Shown here piece after piece: positions 32,601-34,675 of a DNA stretch of 34,675 nt. The position numbers were made by a program, and so were the translations under genes. Under the pieces are notes generated by a model, which did no database searches, was not told the DNA's origin, and saw only the letters and a list, made by a program, of their open reading frames with translations. The stretch's first letter is position 1. The number at the start of each line of letters is the position of its first letter. The stretch covers positions 1 through 34,675 of the forward strand of contig DF237717.1 in NCBI GenBank assembly GCA_000708835.1, written 5' to 3'. Source of the stretch: Klebsormidium nitens (taxonomy: Eukaryota > Plantae > Klebsormidiophyceae).

Positions 32601-34675
32601 ACGGAGGGCGCGGCCGCCAAGGGCGAGCGGCAGGAGACGCTCGTGGTGACGATGCTCGCCAAGCGGGCCGCGCACGAACACGTCATCGAGGCGGCGCGGC
32701 ACAAGGACGAGGACCGGCCGTTTGGGGGAGAGGATGACGACATGGAGGTGAGAAGCGGAGGGGGATTTGTTTTTGTTGGTGTTAGGTACGAAAGAAATGG
32801 TTGTGTCTGTGGATGGCCTTTTGCAAGTCCATAATGCTCTTTTAGACTCATCAGTGTCTCAGTTTAAATTGTCCGAGATTTTATTACTGTTCGTCCCAGT
32901 TCATCTGGCCGTCCGACGGTAAAGGTCCGTTTCTTCCGCAGTCGTCACTCTTCCAGTAGTTCGCAAAGCCGGCCTTGTCGAGGGGACCCTCAATGGCTCC
33001 CGCTGCTCCGCGGCTGACATTAACCGGGAAGCATGACGCTTCTGAGTCTGCAATCTGCTTTGCATCTGACACCGCAGTCGGCCTTCGCAGGAGCCGGAAG
33101 ATGCTGCCGAGGCTGCCCCCGAGCCAGAGACGGCACCTGCGAAGAAGCGGAAGAGGGCGCAGAAAGGAGTTGCGGAAGAGGGGCGGCCGAAGAAGAAAAG
33201 CAAGCCGAAGAGCTACCAGGACGATCAGTTCTTCATCAATGCGATCCCGCCAAATCGAGTGAGCGCAAAAATCATCCAATCCGGCTTCGTGGTTGCTGGA
33301 GTTCTGTACGACTGTCTCTCAGGTTCTTATGTGTTGCTGCTGTTTCATCCAAAAGGTGCCTTTGCACTTCGGGGACCCAATCTGCGGCATGCGGTGTATC
33401 GTTACTGACTTGTAAGGCTGTCAGAAATGTGCACTCGAGTCGTTGCTTGATTCAGGCCACGGGGTTGACGGAAAGGCTCACTCTTGGACGCCTGCCTCTG
33501 TCTTCACCAGACGGTCGGAACTCCGCCTCTGGTTCGAACATCTCGTGGTTTGCACCAACGTCAAGAGCAGCTTTGCGTCAGGTCAAGATCGTTCTTCGGT
33601 GGATATTGTGCACGCAAGGATGTCTCTGACCCGTTACTTCTTTGCCGCAGTTTGCGGAGCAGCAGCTGTCGGTCAGCGGCGGCAGCGGCACACGTGGCGC
33701 GTCCGACTTCGACCACGGCACGATGGACTCCGCGATCCTCGATCTAGTTCCCGACGACGAGGCCGGAATCACCAAGAAGCGTGCGACGTACCACTGGGAC
33801 CGCAAGAAGAAGAAGTACATCCGGCTGCAACCGGGGGAGGTGTTAACGGGCTCCGGGAAGGTGAAGTCGGAGAGCGGCGCGCGCGTGAACGCGGGGCAGC
33901 AGAAGGGGCTGTATAAGAAGTGGCAGGCGCGCACGCATATGAAGGTGGCCACGGCAGGGGAGGAGGGGGAGGATAGCCCCGCAGGTGAGGGTTTGCACCA
34001 ATGAGGTTTGGGGTTTTGAAGTAGATGCAGAATGAATTTTCTTGCTTGATGATTCGTACATGAGGAAAGTGTGCCAGAGAAACACATTGAGGAACGCCTG
34101 AAAATATGAGTCCTGGTTTTGAAGTGGTTGGGGTTTGAAGACGAGGAGTTGGGGTTTTTGATGTACGTTTTTCGAAACGCTCTGGATTGTGTACTACGAG
34201 GGAGTTTATTGACCCGTCGTTAGTTTTGAGGCGCTAAATGGGGCTTCAGAAGAAGGATTTGGGGGGTTTCGAAACTGGAAGTTGATTCTGCACGGAAGGA
34301 AGACAGCGGGAGTCGTGTGCATGCGCTCAATCAACTCTCGATGGACTAACAGATGACGGCTTGTGGAAGTGGTCAGCCTGTATCATGAAGCCGTTGATCG
34401 CACTCCGTCACGCTTCTACGGTGATTGTTATGGTGATTGGATCAAACCCTTTGCTTTCGTGCGCAGTGAGCGGGCGGGGCGGTCACAGCGGAAGAGGTCG
34501 CGGCCGCGGGGGCGGCGGGGGCAGGGGAGGGAGCGGTGGCAGGGGCGGAGGACGATCTGGACCGGGGGGCAATGTCCGTAGCGAAGTGAGGGGGGTAGAG
34601 GAGATCCGGAAGGAGCGTCAGAAGAAGGTAATGAAGATGGGGGGGTCGACGAGGGGACGGGGGCGGAAGAGGGGG
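26648..34675 (+). CDS. DDX54: DEAD-box ATP-dependent RNA helicase DDX54/Dbp10 (plant RH29), 60S biogenesis; 3' end runs past the window
   Basis: Exons 26648(in-frame ATG also at 26555)-26904, 27170-27227, 27537-27612, 28053-28159, 28699-28968, 29449-29652, 30511-30727, 30940-31037, 31333-31542, 31919-32035, 32523-32747, 33091-33258, 33651-33984 and 34467 onward are all phase-consistent. Motifs: [23 protein letters not shown] (Q motif), ARTGSGKT (I), SPTRELA (Ia), ATPGRL (Ib), DEAD at [15 protein letters not shown] (III), [11 protein letters not shown] (V), [11 protein letters not shown] (VI). It also has a DBP10CT-like segment ([11 protein letters not shown]...GLYKKWQ) and an RGG-rich tail. 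Confidence 0.95.
29311..29382 (+). repeat. Intronic copy of the start of DDX54 exon 29449-29652, with the acceptor CAG changed to CAT
   Basis: cat|ACGCTGCTGTCTGCGCGATATCACCGTGAGCTGCCGGCCGAGTTTGCGCAC aligns with cag|ACGCTGCTGTTCAGTGCGACGCTGCCGAAGCTGCTGGCCGAGTTTGCGCGT at an offset of 135 bp. Confidence 0.8.
29740..30018 (+). repeat. Three intronic copies of the 3' end and donor of DDX54 exon 29449-29652
   Basis: The exon end gaggtcatccctgcagaccagcagacg|gtgagggg recurs as gaggtcatccccgcgaccagcagacg|gtgagggg (ends 29787), gaggtcattgtgcagaccagcagacg|gtcgaag (ends 29871) and gaggtcatccccgccgatcagcagacg|gtgagagg (ends 30011). Confidence 0.9.
32428..32495 (+). repeat. Degenerate (TTCR)n microsatellite just upstream of a DDX54 acceptor
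   Basis: attcattcgttcgttccttcgttcgttcatcccttcgttcgtttgatcatcattcatttc. Confidence 0.75.

Noticed and set aside
34005-34280. Repeated GGGGTTT(T)GAA-like motifs in the last DDX54 intron
   Set aside because: They are irregular, low-complexity, not telomeric TTT(T)AGGG, and show no defined unit.
1-34675. Prokaryotic or viral systems, CRISPR arrays, tRNA/rRNA genes, transposase or reverse-transcriptase ORFs
   Set aside because: None seen. The window is explained by four spliced eukaryotic genes, and the scattered GGTTCGA hits lack a cloverleaf context.

Overview
This window is eukaryotic nuclear DNA with GT-AG introns of about 0.2-0.95 kb and GC-rich exons. The proteins are plant-like, and the style suggests a streptophyte alga such as Klebsormidium (inference). 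I reconstructed four spliced genes by hand: (1) a DUF1279/FAM210-like protein with a plastid-transit-like N-terminus (+, 346-2261); (2) a NudF/ADP-ribose-pyrophosphatase-like Nudix hydrolase (-, core 3520-6226, 5' end uncertain); (3) a ~17.7 kb TARBP1/Trm3 SpoU tRNA Gm18 methyltransferase (-, 8597-26271, at least 22 exons); (4) DEAD-box helicase DDX54/Dbp10/RH29 (+, ~26648 to beyond the window end). Genes 3 and 4 are head-to-head across a spacer of under 400 bp that carries a telo-box and a site II motif. I found no rRNA, tRNA, CRISPR array or recognisable transposon. The main unexplained structure is that many introns of both large genes contain decayed, same-orientation copies of the adjacent exon edge, usually with its splice site. 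There are about 15 copies at 9 exon boundaries, with hand-measured spacings of 84-184 bp, three of them exactly 135 bp. This suggests intron growth by serial ~nucleosome-sized tandem duplication that leaves decoy splice sites, and one copy forms an intact 81-nt in-frame candidate cassette exon. All coordinates were derived by hand and need RNA-seq confirmation.
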